Positions 1 to 14,238 of a stretch of 64,000 nt of DNA are shown here, in pieces. The stretch is taken from assembly GCF_018977255.1 (NCBI RefSeq), contig NW_024704742.1, positions 101,868,001 to 101,932,000 on the forward strand, given 5' to 3'. Positions within the stretch are counted from its first letter, which is position 1, and each line of letters opens with the position of its first letter. The DNA is from Callorhinchus milii (lineage: Eukaryota). The translations under genes were made by a program, and so were the position numbers. The notes under the pieces were generated by a model. It saw nothing but the letters and a program-made list of their open reading frames with translations, was not told where the DNA came from and made no database searches.

Positions 1-27
1 ATAAAAAGACAAATTGCAGATACTTAC

Positions 28-105
28 TTTAGAATATTTACCTCTCCGATTTAAGAGAGGCACAGGCTCAAAAATGCAAACCACATTTCCATAGGAGGCT
101 GCGAT
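28..105 (-). CDS. DMXL1: DMXL1 coding exon 3 (IAASYGNVVCIFEPVPLLNRRGKYSK); gene continues beyond the window start
   Basis: CAG acceptor (AG at 107-106), 78 nt, GTAAGT donor at 27-22. IAASYGN..IFEP continues the WD40 sequence in frame from exon 2. Confidence 0.92.
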
Positions 106-2719
106 CTGTGGATGGAAAAAAACATTTAAATGACTATGATAATTAGTTATTGATGGCTATAATCCCACAAATGCTTTTGTTTCTTCCAAAAATGACCAAA
201 CTGAGATCAGATATCTAAATACAGTTGTTAGAAGGTTTATTCAAAGTCACTGGTCAAAGCAGGAGAAATAATTTTTTTTAAATAATCCATTTTTTGGGGG
301 AGTTAGAATTTCCAGAGGACATGATCTTCAGGGAGCTTTGTATGCAACAAACATTCCTTCTGATATAGGTGAAAGGCAAATGGTAGTTAATACCCATAGC
401 TATTAGCACAGAAGTGACAAATTACGGACACAACTCTGTCAGTCAGGTTTTCGATTTGACAGACCTAAACAGAAAGGCACACATTTTATTAGGTAATTTT
501 CCATCTTCCTTTTGTTAAAAAAAGCATGAAAAACTGAATTCCATAGATTTATTTGCTTTTCTCTTCTCAATGCGAGCTGATATGAAAACAATGCAGCTGG
601 TTACCAGCTTTCATGGATCAATACAAAGACTCAAATGTGCACAATTTTAATTTTCATTGAATTTAAAACGTGAAGCAGCATTATGTTTTGATCTTTAGAT
701 AGGCATCTCTGCCATATAGAAGTAATCTATTTAAACAAAAGGTGCTGAATTAGGATCAGGACAATGTGTTAGAAATATATGCATCAATTGACCATTTTAA
801 ACAGGATTTAGAAGAAATGGGATTAAGAAACAAATCATGAAATGTCAAAGTGAAGAGAGGCCATAAGACAAGATGCTCTGCTCCTACCGATCACAATTTT
901 AGCCCAATCTTTAGTTTATTTAGTTTAATCATAAGAATTCACTCTCTTTTCAGCTGTATCTCATTCACTTAATGGCTACAGAGATTTCTTTTGATTTTAA
1001 AAACTAAAATTCTTTCAATTGTGGGAAAGCGGGAAAAACAGTAGTGAGTTTTATTAAGAAAAAAAGTAAAACTGAGAAGGACCATGGGAATGACTAGAGG
1101 TGTTATACTTCAGATGAAACTTTAAACAGAGCCTGTCTGTTCAGATGGATGTTAAAGATCCCATGGAAATATTCAAAAAGAGAAGGGAGTTTCTCTTGTT
1201 GTCCTGACTAACGATTCCCCAAATAAAACTAGTCAATTACTTCATGGAATTACGCACTTTGACACATCCTCCAGACATGAAAGGTATATAAATGTAAATT
1301 GTATTAAAATGTACATGGGACATTTCTGTACTCAAATGGGCAGTCGCATTTGCTTACAAATATTATCACATTTTACATTAAACTATGTGAAGCTCTTTGC
1401 ATTGTTTCAACATGTTGAGGCATTATATCAAATGCAAGGATTGTGTAAGTGTTGAGGAAAGAAATTATAATAGTCTACTATTTTGTTGAAATGATTCATA
1501 TCAATCACCAGAGCAATGCAAGACATACAGGGTGACCAAAAAGTTGTGATAACTACCCTATTATGTAAAATAAATATCATAATTTCTTGATGACGTATTA
1601 GAAAATATAATATCAAGCCTTTTTATCACCCTCTATTAGCCCTCAAAATCAATCTTGCTAGCCTGAAGATGCACAGCTCTTAATGCTAAAATCTTTAGGG
1701 GATCCTTAATTATATAAACTTACATTGAACTTTCAAAATTCTTCTGAAACTGCTGCAACATAAATCTGATTTATACTGCAAACAATGCATGAATTTAATT
1801 TCTGAAACCATGCTACCCGCAAATACTAAATGCACTGAAAACAAATGAAATATATTTGAGTTGAACTCTATGTTGCCAAAATCCAGGCTCAGCAATGTTG
1901 GTGGATTGACTAGTAGTGTTCCTTCTAACTGCTGGTCCACACCAAGAAGGTTTTTTTTTGCTCAAGTTTGTATATGCAGCAAATCTTTTTTTAAAAAAAC
2001 TATATTTCAAAAATACACTGGCAAGAATGCATCACATGGGGTGGGGAAGGTTGAAGAAGTAAATGCGTTTCCATGGTCAGCAGGCATGTGTCTGAATTGG
2101 TATCAGCCTGAGTTTAATCAAAGGTCATATTAATTTGTAGAACTACTGTATACATAGAACACAATACTGCATATAATAAACTATGATTTTATACTGAAGA
2201 CAGCATATGATAGGATAGATCTGATCATATGATAATATGATTTGCCAACCATCTGCAAATACTTTTAAAGTCATTAGCTTTTGACAGGAAATTTCTTCTA
2301 AAGGCTTCCTTAATAATCATGCCAATTTGAACTTGTGCTATCTTTATTTGGTCCATGTAAGAGTCAACATGCATACAATTATAGAAGCTACAGGAGGAAC
2401 TACAAAGCACTTAGAATAAGTAAGCATGCTCGGTCTAAAGTTTTTTTTATAGGTCAAACATTGGCCTATTTATGAAATCTGTCAGCTTCATTACACAAAA
2501 GGAAATGCGTTGCACAAACCATGCATTGTGACCTCAAAACATTGAAAAAATCTTGCAATAATTTAGGTACCATCAGCAAAATGGATGCATCCTGTCAGAA
2601 AACAAACCACATCAGTGATGCTAGATTTTCAGCCTTTTTCATGGAGGAAAAATACTGAAAATAATTAATGCAATTAAACATTTGAAATACTTAAATCAGC
2701 TGCAAAATCACTGTAAGAT

Positions 2720-3220
2720 CACAGAATCATAGGATGTTTACAGCTGAGGAACCCATTTGGCTCATTAGGTTTGTGCTCTCTCTCCACTGCAGCCATTTGC
2801 TCTTCTCTGTCGTCTTCCATATGATTTTTCTTCCAAGTAATTGTCCATGTAACAAGCTATTAAATGGTCAGTTTCAACTGACATTAATGGTACTGCATTC
2901 CACATTGTAATAAATCTCTGTGCAAAAACATTTCTACCCCCTTTTTTTTCTTGTGATGATCCTCAGTTCATACCTTTTTTTGTTATGAACTCAAAGATCA
3001 AAGTGAATGGTCTCTTATTAAATAAATCTGAGGACATCAACCTCGATTCTCCTTCACCTTGGCTTCAGCAAGAACAGTCAACTTTTCATATCTCACCACA
3101 TTAACTCTCATTCTTAATATAACTCTTGTGAATCTCCACTGTACTTTTGCCACTCCTTCAATGCTCTTTTCTGTAATGTGGTGCTCAAAGCTGGACACAA
3201 TATTGAAACTGCAGCCTAAC
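2720..3220 (-). mobile_element. old CR1 3' fragment
   Basis: Degenerate similarity to 46785-47340 (..GTGGTGCTCAAAGCTGGACACAATA..) and a CAGAATCATAG tail. Confidence 0.6.
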
Positions 3221-3239
3221 TAACAACATGCATGTACAT

Positions 3240-3498
3240 AATAATAATAATAATAATCCTTGCATTTGATATAGCGCTTTTCACGTCGGGAGGACGTCCC
3301 AAAGCGCTTCACAGAACATACTGCAAAGTGAATTGACTGTATATTTGTGGGCGAACGCGGCAGCCAATTGCGCACAGCAATGTCCCACAAACAGTCGTAG
3401 ATTGAAAATGACCAATTATTATTGTTTTTGGTTTTTGAAGGGATTATTATTAGGCGTGTGGAGTAAGGAAACTTGCCCAAGGTTTCCCCTGCCTGGAA
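3240..3498 (-). mobile_element. 5'-truncated tRNA-Ala SINE
   Basis: Body and tail match the family. Confidence 0.9.
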
Positions 3499-4796
3499 GT
3501 AGCACCCTTCACACCCGATAACGTCTCAGAGCACTGAATAATGCAGAGTTGGATGCCAAACTGGGGAGAAAGGGGAGATGCAATCTGAAGATGGGTAAAG
3601 AGGGAGCAAGGTGGAGGCATTGAGGCAGGGAATTCTGAGACGCTAACCTATGTGGAGGGCGCTGTATAAGTGCAAGTTGTTGTTGTAGCCACTGAATATA
3701 CATTATTTTCTTGCAAACTGTATCCTTGTCCATTACAGCACTTGCCATCATCTTTATGTCCATCAAATGATAGAATCACCAGAATAGAGGATTCAACATC
3801 CTCCATTAGATAGTAGGCAACAAGCATTTGCACTAAACATTTTTCAAGTTTTACAAATTCCAGAGACAAATCTCACTAAATAGTACTGGAGTTCCAAGGG
3901 TTCAACAAGCTACAACTTTGTTTATAAATTATGGCATCTCCCGCCTCCGACTATACTTCACACCCAACATTGCTGAAACCCTCATCCATATTTTGTCATC
4001 TCCTGTCTTGAATCCAACGCATTCCTGATTCATAACCCTGCCACCTGTACCAAACTCTGCATCCCCATCACCCCAATCTTTACCAGGCTCTATTGACTTG
4101 CTATTGCAGAATGGTTCGATTTTCAAGATCATCACACTCGGCTACAAATCACTTCATTGCCTACTTACTCAGAAAGTAGTAAAATTGGAAAAATTCTGCA
4201 ATAATAATAAGGCTATATTGTAACTTTATTCTATAGGAAGTCGCAAAACTTCCTTTTTTTAAAAAAAAGCTCATTATTTTGCTTGGCAGAAGGAGGGGGT
4301 AGAAAAATAATGTTCTACACTCATAAAAAATGTAGCACATAGTCCTGGGAAATCAAGCATATTAAAGTGAAAGATATTAAAACGTTCAATTTGAGCAACT
4401 AGCACTAAATCAAACACAGCAATGCAGTGTAAAACTCTCTCTGTTCTGCACTAACCTTAGAAGAATAACCTCAGGTGGCACCTGTGAGAAATTTTCATTA
4501 ACACAAATCATATTTGTGGCCTCAGAGTAAAATTCAGAGTGAATTACGGATAGCTGGATGGCGTGAACTCTGAAACATGAGAAAGTAGGTTGAGAATAGG
4601 CTAATTAATTTTGCAGGGCCCTTGCAACTAGCTGAGTATTTCCAATCTGGGATGGATTCAAACTCAAAGTGATGAAAGGTCACGATCACTCAGGTTGACA
4701 TCCTGATCAGGGACATCATTTTTCAATCAAACTCCAGTTTGCACCCAGTCTTAAGCATTGAAATACAATGTTCAATCAGGTCCATAGACAGGTCCA

Positions 4797-5040
4797 ACCT
4801 TGGGCAAGTTTCCTTACTCTACACGCCTAATAATAATCCCTCCAAAAAACAAAAACAATAATAAATTGGTCATTTTCAATCCATGACTGTTTGTGGGACA
4901 TTGCTGTGTGCAATTGGCTGCCGCGTTCATCCACAAATGTACAGTTAATTCACTTTACAGTGTGTTCTGTGAAGCGCTTTGGGACGTCCTCCCGACGTGA
5001 AAAGCGCAATATTAAATGCAAGGATTATTATTATTATTAT
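4797..5040 (+). mobile_element. 5'-truncated tRNA-Ala SINE
   Basis: Body and tail match the family. Confidence 0.9.
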
Positions 5041-6309
5041 CATTTCTCATGTTCCTGCCTTGAAAATTAAAATTGAGTTTTATATCTGTTTATGAAAAGC
5101 TAATGAATGGATTTTAAAAAAAATTCCTAAAACACATTTACAAAAAATATTATCCATAATCAATGTTAGAAAAAACTGCAAAGAATAGTATGTATTAAAC
5201 TAATTCCGCCCAGTTAATTATTATTGTGGAACTTTTATGAATTTGCTTTTAGCCTGGAGTTTAGTCTCCTTGCCAGAATCCTGAATAGGAACCTTAAAAT
5301 TACGGAAATACTGTTCTTGACCTGGGTATGTCCCATTTGACCAATACCAGTGTCAAAAAAATGAAAGATATTTCATTCTATGTAATCTGCATCTATCACT
5401 TCAATGGGCACAATAATTCAATGAAAATATATATTTTTTAATAACATACATGGTAAATGGGAACATTTTACATCAGTCAATTAAAGAAATTACACCACTG
5501 AAGGAGGCTGATTGACCGTCACTGGTGCTAGCTCATCCACTGGAGCTCACTTCTCTAATCACAATTCCTGGTTTCCCTATTCCCTTTAAATTATTATATC
5601 ATTATTAACTATGCACATTCTTGACTTTCTCTATGACAATCGCAGCTAGTTACTTTGTTGTTTAATAGCTTGCAAGAAGTACTCTCATTCCATGAATCCC
5701 GTGTCTAATCTTCATGAAACAGTCAGTTGCAAAGCATTAATCCAAAATAAACAGCTCTGTATTTGATATCAGATTGTGCTGGACTTAGATCAGAGACAAT
5801 TTAAAAATGTTAATAATAATAATCCTTGCATTTGATATAGCGCTTTTCAGTCTTCTGGACGTCTCAAAGCGCTTCACAGAATATACTGTAAAGTGAATTG
5901 ACTGTATATTTGTTAAGATGACAACCAAGGTAATTTTCTCCTCACTTTCGCAACAAATACAAACCGAATATCAGAATTTTACAACAGAGACTGATGTAAC
6001 AAGTTAGGATTTTATAAATATATGTGGATATAAGGTAAATATATATAATTCAGAGGATAATGAATCCACAACAAACTCTATTATGACAGAATAATTGTTA
6101 ATGCATATAGACATTTTACTTGTGAGAACCAACCCCATAAGTGAGAAGTGAAAGGATTCCAAAAAGGAAGCATGTTACACAAGCAGAAAACTCAGGAAAC
6201 TCAAAATGACTGGTTATAGGAAGGAAATGGAGGAGGGCATCCAATTTGATTTCCAATGGATGGGAAGATTGTGCTCTTAAAGAGATACATCTACATCCAA
6301 GAGATATCC

Positions 6310-7325
6310 TTCAACATCTACATGCTCCCTCTTAGTGACATAATCCGCAGACATGGGATCAACTTCCACATGTAAGCGGATGACACCCAACTCTATCTCT
6401 CTGCCTCCATTCTCGACTCTAGGACAACTGCTATCCTGACAGAATATCTGTCAGACATCAAGTCCTGGATGAGAGCCAACTTTTTCGAGTTGAACGTCAA
6501 CAAGACCGAGGTCCTCTTGATTGGCTCTTGTCAGCGCCTCCACACCTCAAGTACTGGAAGAATCACTATCCATGGTTGCACGCTCCACCTCATTGAGCCA
6601 ATCCTTAACCCAGATGTCTCAACTGCCCTTTTTCCCCACATCTGTGCCTTGACCCGCCTTACCTTTCTCCACCTCCGCAAAGTCACCCGCCTCCACCACT
6701 GCCTCGCCCTCAGGCCACTGAAACCCTCATTTCTTCACATCTAGAGTCAACTACGCCAACGCCCTGCTTGTCGGCCTTCCCAAATCTTCCCTCCAAAAGC
6801 TGCAGATCACCAAGAATTCTGCAGCTTGCGTTCTCTCCTGCACCGGGTTCTGTGACCCCATCACTCCCATCCTTGCCCGACTCCACTGGCTCCCATCCCC
6901 CAGAGGATAGAGTTCATAATCCTCGCTCTCGCTTTCAAGGCCCTCCACGACCTTGCCCCACCCTATCTCTGTGACCTGCTGACCCCATAATCAACCTGTC
7001 CGCTCCCTCTGCTCGGCAGCCTGTTCTATGTCCCCCAGTTAATCCATTCCACCATCAGCGGTCGGGCCTTCAGCCTCTTTGCGCCACCCTTTGGAACTCC
7101 ATGCAACATTCCCTTCACCTCACTCCCTCGCTTCCTTCAAGGCACGTCTCAAGACCCTCCTCTTCGACAGCGCCTTTGGCCATCCTCCTATCCTCCATGC
7201 CCTCCACCCACCTGATCCCAACCACATGCCCCCTCCCCCGCTCAGGTCCAAATCCCTGACTCTGCAGCTCCTTGGGTCATGCTCCCGACGTGAAAGGCAC
7301 CATACAAATGTAATTTTGTATTGTA
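6310..7325 (+). mobile_element. L2 LINE 3' fragment
   Basis: Near-parallel to 16195-17330 (DIKSWMRANF, KTEVLLIG); ends in CCCGACGTGAAAGGC..CAAATGTAATTTTG. Confidence 0.9.
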
Positions 7326-7773
7326 CATCAACTAACAGCAGTTCTTGTTTGAGAACAGCTCCCAAATGTGGAGCAGGTCAAAAGAACATACAATTTCTAA
7401 AGCGACACAAAATGTTCAGGACTGAAAGGACTATCGAACTTAATTACACAACTGTGCTGGATATCATAGGCAGCAGAAAATCAATTCACAGCTAAAATAG
7501 TAACAGATTGCTATATCCGACAAAAGTACTGTAACTGATACCAGAGGGCTGTGCTGGGCAACCTATTGCTCTCTGAGGTTGTACCAATATGAATAACTGG
7601 TGAATATTGTGGTCAAATTCAAAAACTGCTTAAAATTCTGAATTCAAAATTGCAATTGATAGGTTGAACTCTGCGCTGCCCAACTCAACTGAGGATACCC
7701 TATAAGACTCAGGTACCTCAGTCCGTCAACAGTGGGGATTGAGTCATCTCTACCATAATAATAATAATCCTTG

Positions 7774-7930
7774 CAACAAAAACAGAAGTCGTTGGGAACA
7801 CTCAGCAGGTCAGGCAGCATCTAAGGAAAGTTTCTCCATAGATGCTTCCCTTTCTCCATAGATGCTGCCTGACCTGCTGAGTGTTCCCAGCAACTTCTGT
7901 TTTTCTTTCAGATTTCCAGTATCTGCAATA
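7774..7930. mobile_element. internally deleted copy of the palindromic Penelope-like element
   Basis: Same arms as 32826-33060 with the central ribozyme part missing. Further remnants at 33420-33550, 45555-45590 and 55335-55465. Confidence 0.7.
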
Positions 7931-9627
7931 TCCCAACATCTATCTGCAGCTATACAAATGTAATCTTGTTGTTGTTGTTATCACATCGTGGAGATGTCTC
8001 AAACGCTTCACAGAATATATTGTAAAGTGAATTAACTGTATTTTAGCTGGTGAAACAAGCCTAGTCGAACTTAGTCAAACAAAGCATTTTTTTCACATTT
8101 GGAAGGTGCTAGAAAATTGATTTAAAAAAACAATTATTTGTATTTAATTATGCGGCGGATTAAAAACTGTATTTACTAAAATGCTTTCAGAATAGCAAGA
8201 TACATATTATCTACAATTTTAATGTGGAAAAATCTCCAAAATATTCAGTATTGGCACAACCATCAATTTCATACATTTGATTTGTTTCAGGGCTTCACTG
8301 TACAGCATTTACAAATTCTAATCACTTATTGCCCAATTGTAAGTTTAGTTTTCATCTTTTACAAAGTTTCCCTTCAATAAGCTTTTTTAGTAGTTTCAAC
8401 ACAGTTTACAATATACATAAGGCATAATTTTGCAGATCATATTTGATTTATTTTACAAAGCAGTTTTCAAAAGTGCTCATTAAAAACTAATCATGTGTAC
8501 ACAGATGCAGCTCCTACACAAGGTTTAACATATTATTGTTCTGCAACAGNTTTTTTAAATAGTAAAGGCTGCACAGTACGGATAAGGTCTCCAAACAGAA
8601 ATACTCTTCAAAAACAAGGTATTTTGGGCTGCAGGTCATCTATCATGGATTCGATTTGCCTCACAAATACCATCCAAAGAATTTAATTTATTGAAGGAGC
8701 ATTCAGTTCAAGTCAGTTATCTTCTGGTATTCTAACCTCTTCAAGTTGTAGAATTTGCAGATGTACAAGATTGCATATGCACAGTGATTTGAAAGCGACA
8801 TACACGACTCCGGGACATCACCCCATATGAAGGGCGCAATAAAATGCATGTTGTTGTTGACTCTTTCTGGTCAGTAAACCATGCCCATTTGCAAGCAAAA
8901 GGCTGTCAGCTCAGCAGGTAATTTGAATGCCTGAACTGTATGACTGATACGAGTCCTTAATCTGTTGACGGCTAGAAATAATGGTACAATGTGCCATCAG
9001 AGGAACATTTTCTGTTGGTGCCATTCGGGGACATTACCATCACATTCAGGTCACAATTCTGCACTGCTACAAAATAAATGCACATTGAAGTAAAAAATAT
9101 AGTGATCCTGGAAGTGGTAACAGAGCACAGGAAAATTTTAAGTTGCAAAACATTATAATTCTAGCATTGAACATCTGTTTATTTGAACTGAAGAAGTGTC
9201 TGGTAACCAAATAAAGCTCAGTTGCACTTCAAAGAAAATATTGAGGGGTAACTGAAGGTCACAATAACTACGAATTGCTCCATTCTACTTGACTCCAGTT
9301 AAAGGCGGAACTTCAGAAAAGGAGGCAGCATTTGGCTAGATACTAATACATTTTAGTCTACAATTTTGTTGTGGAAAGTTTACGATCAAAGCTAGACCGA
9401 GTCCTGCTGTTTTATAATAAGGTTGGAAAAACTGCAAGATCAGTTGTGGAGGAGAAGAGAAAAATTGAATGCCTGACTACAGAGCTCAACAAACTCACTC
9501 AAGTTGATGAGGCTAGAGTGGATTGAAAAAAAATCAGTTAATAGGATAATCAAGATACAGCTTCAAATTTAAGAAGCAAACAGAAGGATAATTTTCAAAA
9601 AGCATCAGCCATGAGAAACAGGCATTC

Positions 9628-9913
9628 TAATAATAATTGCAATTGATATGGCACCTTATCGCATCCTTGAGACGTTTCAAAGTGCTCCACAGAATATACC
9701 ATAATATGGATTGACAGTATTTGGTGGGGGAAATACGGCAGTCAATTAAGCACAGCAGTGTTCCACAAAATGTTGTGGATACCAACTTACTGCTAGGTAA
9801 ACAGAGCCGTGTGGAGTAAGGAAACTTGCGTAAGATTTTACCCCACGTAGGAATTGAACCCGGGTCCTCTTGCCTGCGAGGTGAGCGTGTTAACCACTAC
9901 TCTTCGGGATTCC
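9628..9913 (-). mobile_element. older variant of the tRNA-Ala SINE, 70 bp downstream of DMXL1 exon 2
   Basis: Degenerate head, CTCTGTTTACCTAGCAGTAAG segment and tail. Confidence 0.75.
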
Positions 9914-9982
9914 ACAACATTACATATGTTACAAATTAACTCAGAGTGCTTAGAAGCAATTTTTTTTAGACAGACTACATAC

Positions 9983-10108
9983 CTTTCCTTGCTGCAGGGA
10001 GCAATCAACACATCCGACTTGTATATTTCCATGTTTTGCGCCCGGTATAATCTGAAGTCTTTCAAAATCACTACCTAAAATCACAATATCACATCCTGAA
10101 GCGTAAGC
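9983..10108 (-). CDS. DMXL1: DMXL1 coding exon 2 (AYASGCDIVILGSDFERLQIIPGAKHGNIQVGCVDCSLQQGK)
   Basis: 126 nt, pyrimidine tract plus CAG acceptor, GTATGT donor, phase 0/0. AYASG, GSDFERLQ and VGCVDC match my recollection of DMXL1 rather than DMXL2. Confidence 0.96.
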
Positions 10109-10413
10109 CTGCAAAAAAGAGAAAGAATTGTTAACAAATGCTAACAAAAAACATTTTAAAAAACGAATTAAGAATATTCACAATCTGATAACCAAGGTTA
10201 CCAAACTTGCCTCATCGTGTTGATGTAAAAATTAATTTGAGGCCTGATATATAGCTATATATATATATATACCGTACACAGCACAATAATTTACTTACTA
10301 GGCTCAGTCTTTACTTGCAGATAATTTTATGAAATGCTGCTGTAATGTTTTCACGGCACCACACAGCAGAGTATATGTGTGATACAGACTGTGCTGTACA
10401 TGGATGTGGAGAG

Positions 10414-10650
10414 ATCATAGAATCATAGAATCGTACAGCACAAAAATAGGCCATTCGGCCCATCGAGTTTTTTCGGTTCTTTGAATAGAGCAATTAACGT
10501 CAATCCCACTCCCCAGCCCTTTCCCCATAACCCTGCAAACCCGTCCTCCTCAAATACCCGTCCACGGCGTTTTTAAAAGTAGTTATCGAATCGGCCTCGA
10601 CCACCCTTTCAGGCAATGCGTTCCAGATTCGAACAACTCGCTGCGTGAGA
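10414..10650 (-). mobile_element. CR1 3' end fragment
   Basis: ATCATAGAATCATAGAATC tail; parallel to 46785-47010. Confidence 0.8.
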
Positions 10651-12809
10651 TGTAATTTTAAAAGTAAACCATTCAACCTTTATTCTCTATATATTAAACA
10701 TCTTCAAATTGTTTTATATTAAAATGTATTGTTTTTAAACAAAGCTGCAGTGTATTAAATGTTTACAACCTTTTTTAAGAAATACTTTGCATTAAAGTGG
10801 GCACAATAAGAAAACATACATTTTCTGCTAGTTTTGGACATCATTATTATCAATCAATACTACATTTAAAGGTTTCGAAGCCTACTATGTATAACCATTC
10901 ATTCACTGTCACTATTTGCAAATGTTCAGCAAGTATTCAAAACTACCAGAGAAAAAAAATGTTTTGTATTTTGGAAATTGTGTGGTACTGAGCATTGCAA
11001 CTAAATGAGAAGAGCAAAAGTAATGAATGTGTGCACTAGCTGAGAGTCTGAGATAAAAAAAAACAGTTAGGAGTCAAACAAGTTTAGCACTGGAAAGTCA
11101 GCCTAGTTTACAAGCTCAAGTCCTGATATAGGGTTCAAGAGTGAGGAAGCGAAGAACTGACCCAAATGAACACTGCAGAGTAAAACATTGAATGAGTAAT
11201 TGGAACAACCACCTAAGGAGCTAAAGAAGAAAAGGTCTCCATGAAAAATGAGTGGGATGGAAATAGCTCAATTAGAAAAACAGTATCACAAGTGGCCACA
11301 TACTGTAAGATATAAATCCATTCAAGCTTTGCAAAAAAAGATTCATAAACAAGATGGAAAACAGATTGCATCAAAGAAACAAACTTCAAGAAGTTTACCA
11401 GAACGAGGAAAAAAGGAAAACAAAATGACTAATTTAAAGATATTTCTTTGAATAAGGTTTATTTCGATATTAGGTAGAATATGGTGTATTTCCAAGAATG
11501 AACTTTAGAAAACAACAACAATAAAAACCACAACAACAACAACTTGCATTTATATAGCACCTTTCACAGTGGGAGAATATCCCAATCTTTCAAGACAGAT
11601 CTGATTGAGATCATTCAGGAAATTCACCGAAGTTTCTTATTCTGGTTATTCTCAGGAAAAATTTGAATCCGATTACTACGGCACAGGATTGATCAGCTTT
11701 TACATCCACACGTTTGATTGCAACATAGATTCACTGAACATTGAAAAAGTGAAAAAGCAGAAACAGAACAGGAATCTGGACTGCATCCACTGTACCATAA
11801 ATGGCAACCATGGCCACAGAAATTGATCACAAGACATGAGGATAGGATTTAAACTTCAACTTGAGCCAATCATGAACATGATTTTCTGGTGCCATGACAT
11901 TAGCACCACTTTCTGATACATACTGACATTTTCTGGATTGGGTATACAGATATGAAGATATTAGACAGAGGTCAACCTGTGAAAATGCTCACTACAAAAA
12001 TGTTCTGCATATAGAACCACTAAGTGTTTCAACTTGATACTCAGCTCGTGCTGGGTATAAAAATGATTTTGCTGAAGGTTTTTCCAGATAACAGAAGTGA
12101 AAGTTGGACTTTAGCATTTACTCAACTTGTTTGTCTGACATCTGATCGGGAGGAGGTAGAGAAAGACAGTGAAATGATTAATTAATTCAATCAATTCTTT
12201 AAAACATATTAATTCAAGAAGTTAAAAGAAAAAAATGAACTAATGCATTCAAATGTTGTAATGTCCACCCTCACGATGTGAAAGCGCTACATCACACAAC
12301 AGATTATATAGTTATTATAATATGCAACACTTTCTCAACTCCATCAGAACGTTGCCTGACTATGGTATAATAATTGATTTGTAGGTGACCATGTGCTTGA
12401 TGGAGAGGGATGTATAGGAGCCGGTTAAGCTGAATGGCTACATTTTTGTCTGCTTCAATTGGCTTGGAGATTGCACAACTTTTCACCCCAAAGGGCTGTA
12501 CCTGGTGTGGTATTCTGTAGTTGATATAGGACCTGGAGTTGATGAACTTATCTTCGCCTTGTTGGGACACACCCTAAACTCTTCCCCCATTTGACTCGCA
12601 GCACAGGATGATCTTTTAATCACACCCAGCACAGATGTTACTGTATATATACACATGTTGTACTGTAAATGTCTTAAATCAAATGGCTGCAAATACTTTG
12701 TGTTGCTAAATTATCTGGGCATTAGTGCTAGTTCAAACAATTTTTAAAATGAGTGGAAATAGGTTACTCTTCTTTGGGAGATTTTTTCGCCCAGCACACC
12801 CGATGGGGT

Positions 12810-12950
12810 CTCAGAGCATCTTAAGTTGCCACATGGGGTTATGATGTAGTGGCAATAACGGAGACCTGGCTCAAACAACGGCAGGAATGGGAGCTGAATA
12901 TTACTGGCTTACAATGTATTCAGGAGGGATACGGAAGGAAAAAAAGGAAT
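12810..12950 (+). mobile_element. CR1 endonuclease fragment
   Basis: Encodes YDVVAITETWLKQRQEWELNI. Confidence 0.65.
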
Positions 12951-13933
12951 ATGGAAGTTACAGTTTATTCAATGCAAACAGACTAAGTTAAATATTTGTG
13001 CACCGTGTTTGAATTGAAAAGTTGATGGATGATGGTTTATTTTTAATTAAAATGCTGAAAATTTGAATCAATCAATTTTGTTTAAAACCAGAACCAAGTT
13101 GAAGTCTTTGTCTCTTCCTGTATTTGTGAACTCCATGCAAATTGTCTTAGTGTAGTATCTGAATCTACCATAGTCTGGTTGGTCATTTGTGTGGTTTAAA
13201 TAGTGATGTCAAATCCTCAACAAGAAAAACATGATCATAATCTGGTGTCAGTAAGCATGGGCGCTTTCTGGCTTAGTGCCTGTTCAATAAAAGCAAGGGA
13301 GAGAAAGTGCTGCGCTGCATCCAATTCATGTTACCCAAACCCCTGAGGAGTACTCAATGGGGATGTTGACAAATTCACAAAATGTGGTAAAAGTTAATTT
13401 TCTCCAATTTTCCTATCCATCACCTTGAGGAATGTTATGGAATATAATGCTGAAAAGTGTGAGCCAGAGTTTTTCCTGTTTTTACTAAAACACTGTGTGT
13501 TCATGCTGAACTATAATTTGCATCTTCATGTCTGAAACCACAATAAGTTAAGACACATGACAGATTTTAACCAAACCCAACTACATTTAGTATTTCAGAG
13601 GTTACATGAATGTTACTACAAAACAAAATGAACAATAATGTCAATATTTTTTTAAAAAGAGCATTGCACAAAATCTGTGCGTTTACAAATTCTGTAGACA
13701 CATTGATGGACTAAGATGATGACTGGCAATAAAATAATGCAATGATACAAATATCCCCACCCAAACATTTGTAAGAACCCAACAAATACAAGGATGTTTC
13801 ACCCTACAATTTCTCATTTCTCCCTCCTCCCAGTAGGAACAAATGTATGTACAGTGTAAACTAGCTTGGTTCAATTGGCAGCATTCTTTGTTTGAGGGTC
13901 TGAAAGTTGTGGGTTCAAGCCCCATATCAGAAT

Positions 13934-14238
13934 ATAATAATAATCCTTGCATTTGATATAGCACTTTCACTTCTTCTAGACGTCTCAAAGTGCTTCACAG
14001 TTTAGACTGTAAAGTGAATTGACTGTATATTTGTGGGCAAAATGCGGCAGCCAATTGCGCACAGCAGTATCCCACAAACAGTTGTGGATTGAAAATCACC
14101 AATTTATTATTTTTTTTGAGGGATTATTATCAGGCGTGTGGAGTACGGAAACTTGCCCAAGGTTTTGCCCTGCCAGGAATTGAACCCAGGTCTCTCGCTT
14201 GCAAAGTGAGTGCTCTTAACCACTGAGCTGCAGGACTC
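13934..14238 (-). mobile_element. full-length tRNA-Ala-derived SINE
   Basis: Same family, reverse orientation. Confidence 0.9.

Noticed and set aside
36..42. Alternative GTAAAT donor inside exon 3
   Set aside because: It would give a 64-nt phase-1 exon; the GTAAGT donor at 27-22 is stronger and keeps phase 0.
8550..8550. Single N base
   Set aside because: Assembly ambiguity, not a biological feature.
11170..12150. Faint RTE-like RT similarity on the + strand
   Set aside because: Too degenerate to support without a profile search.
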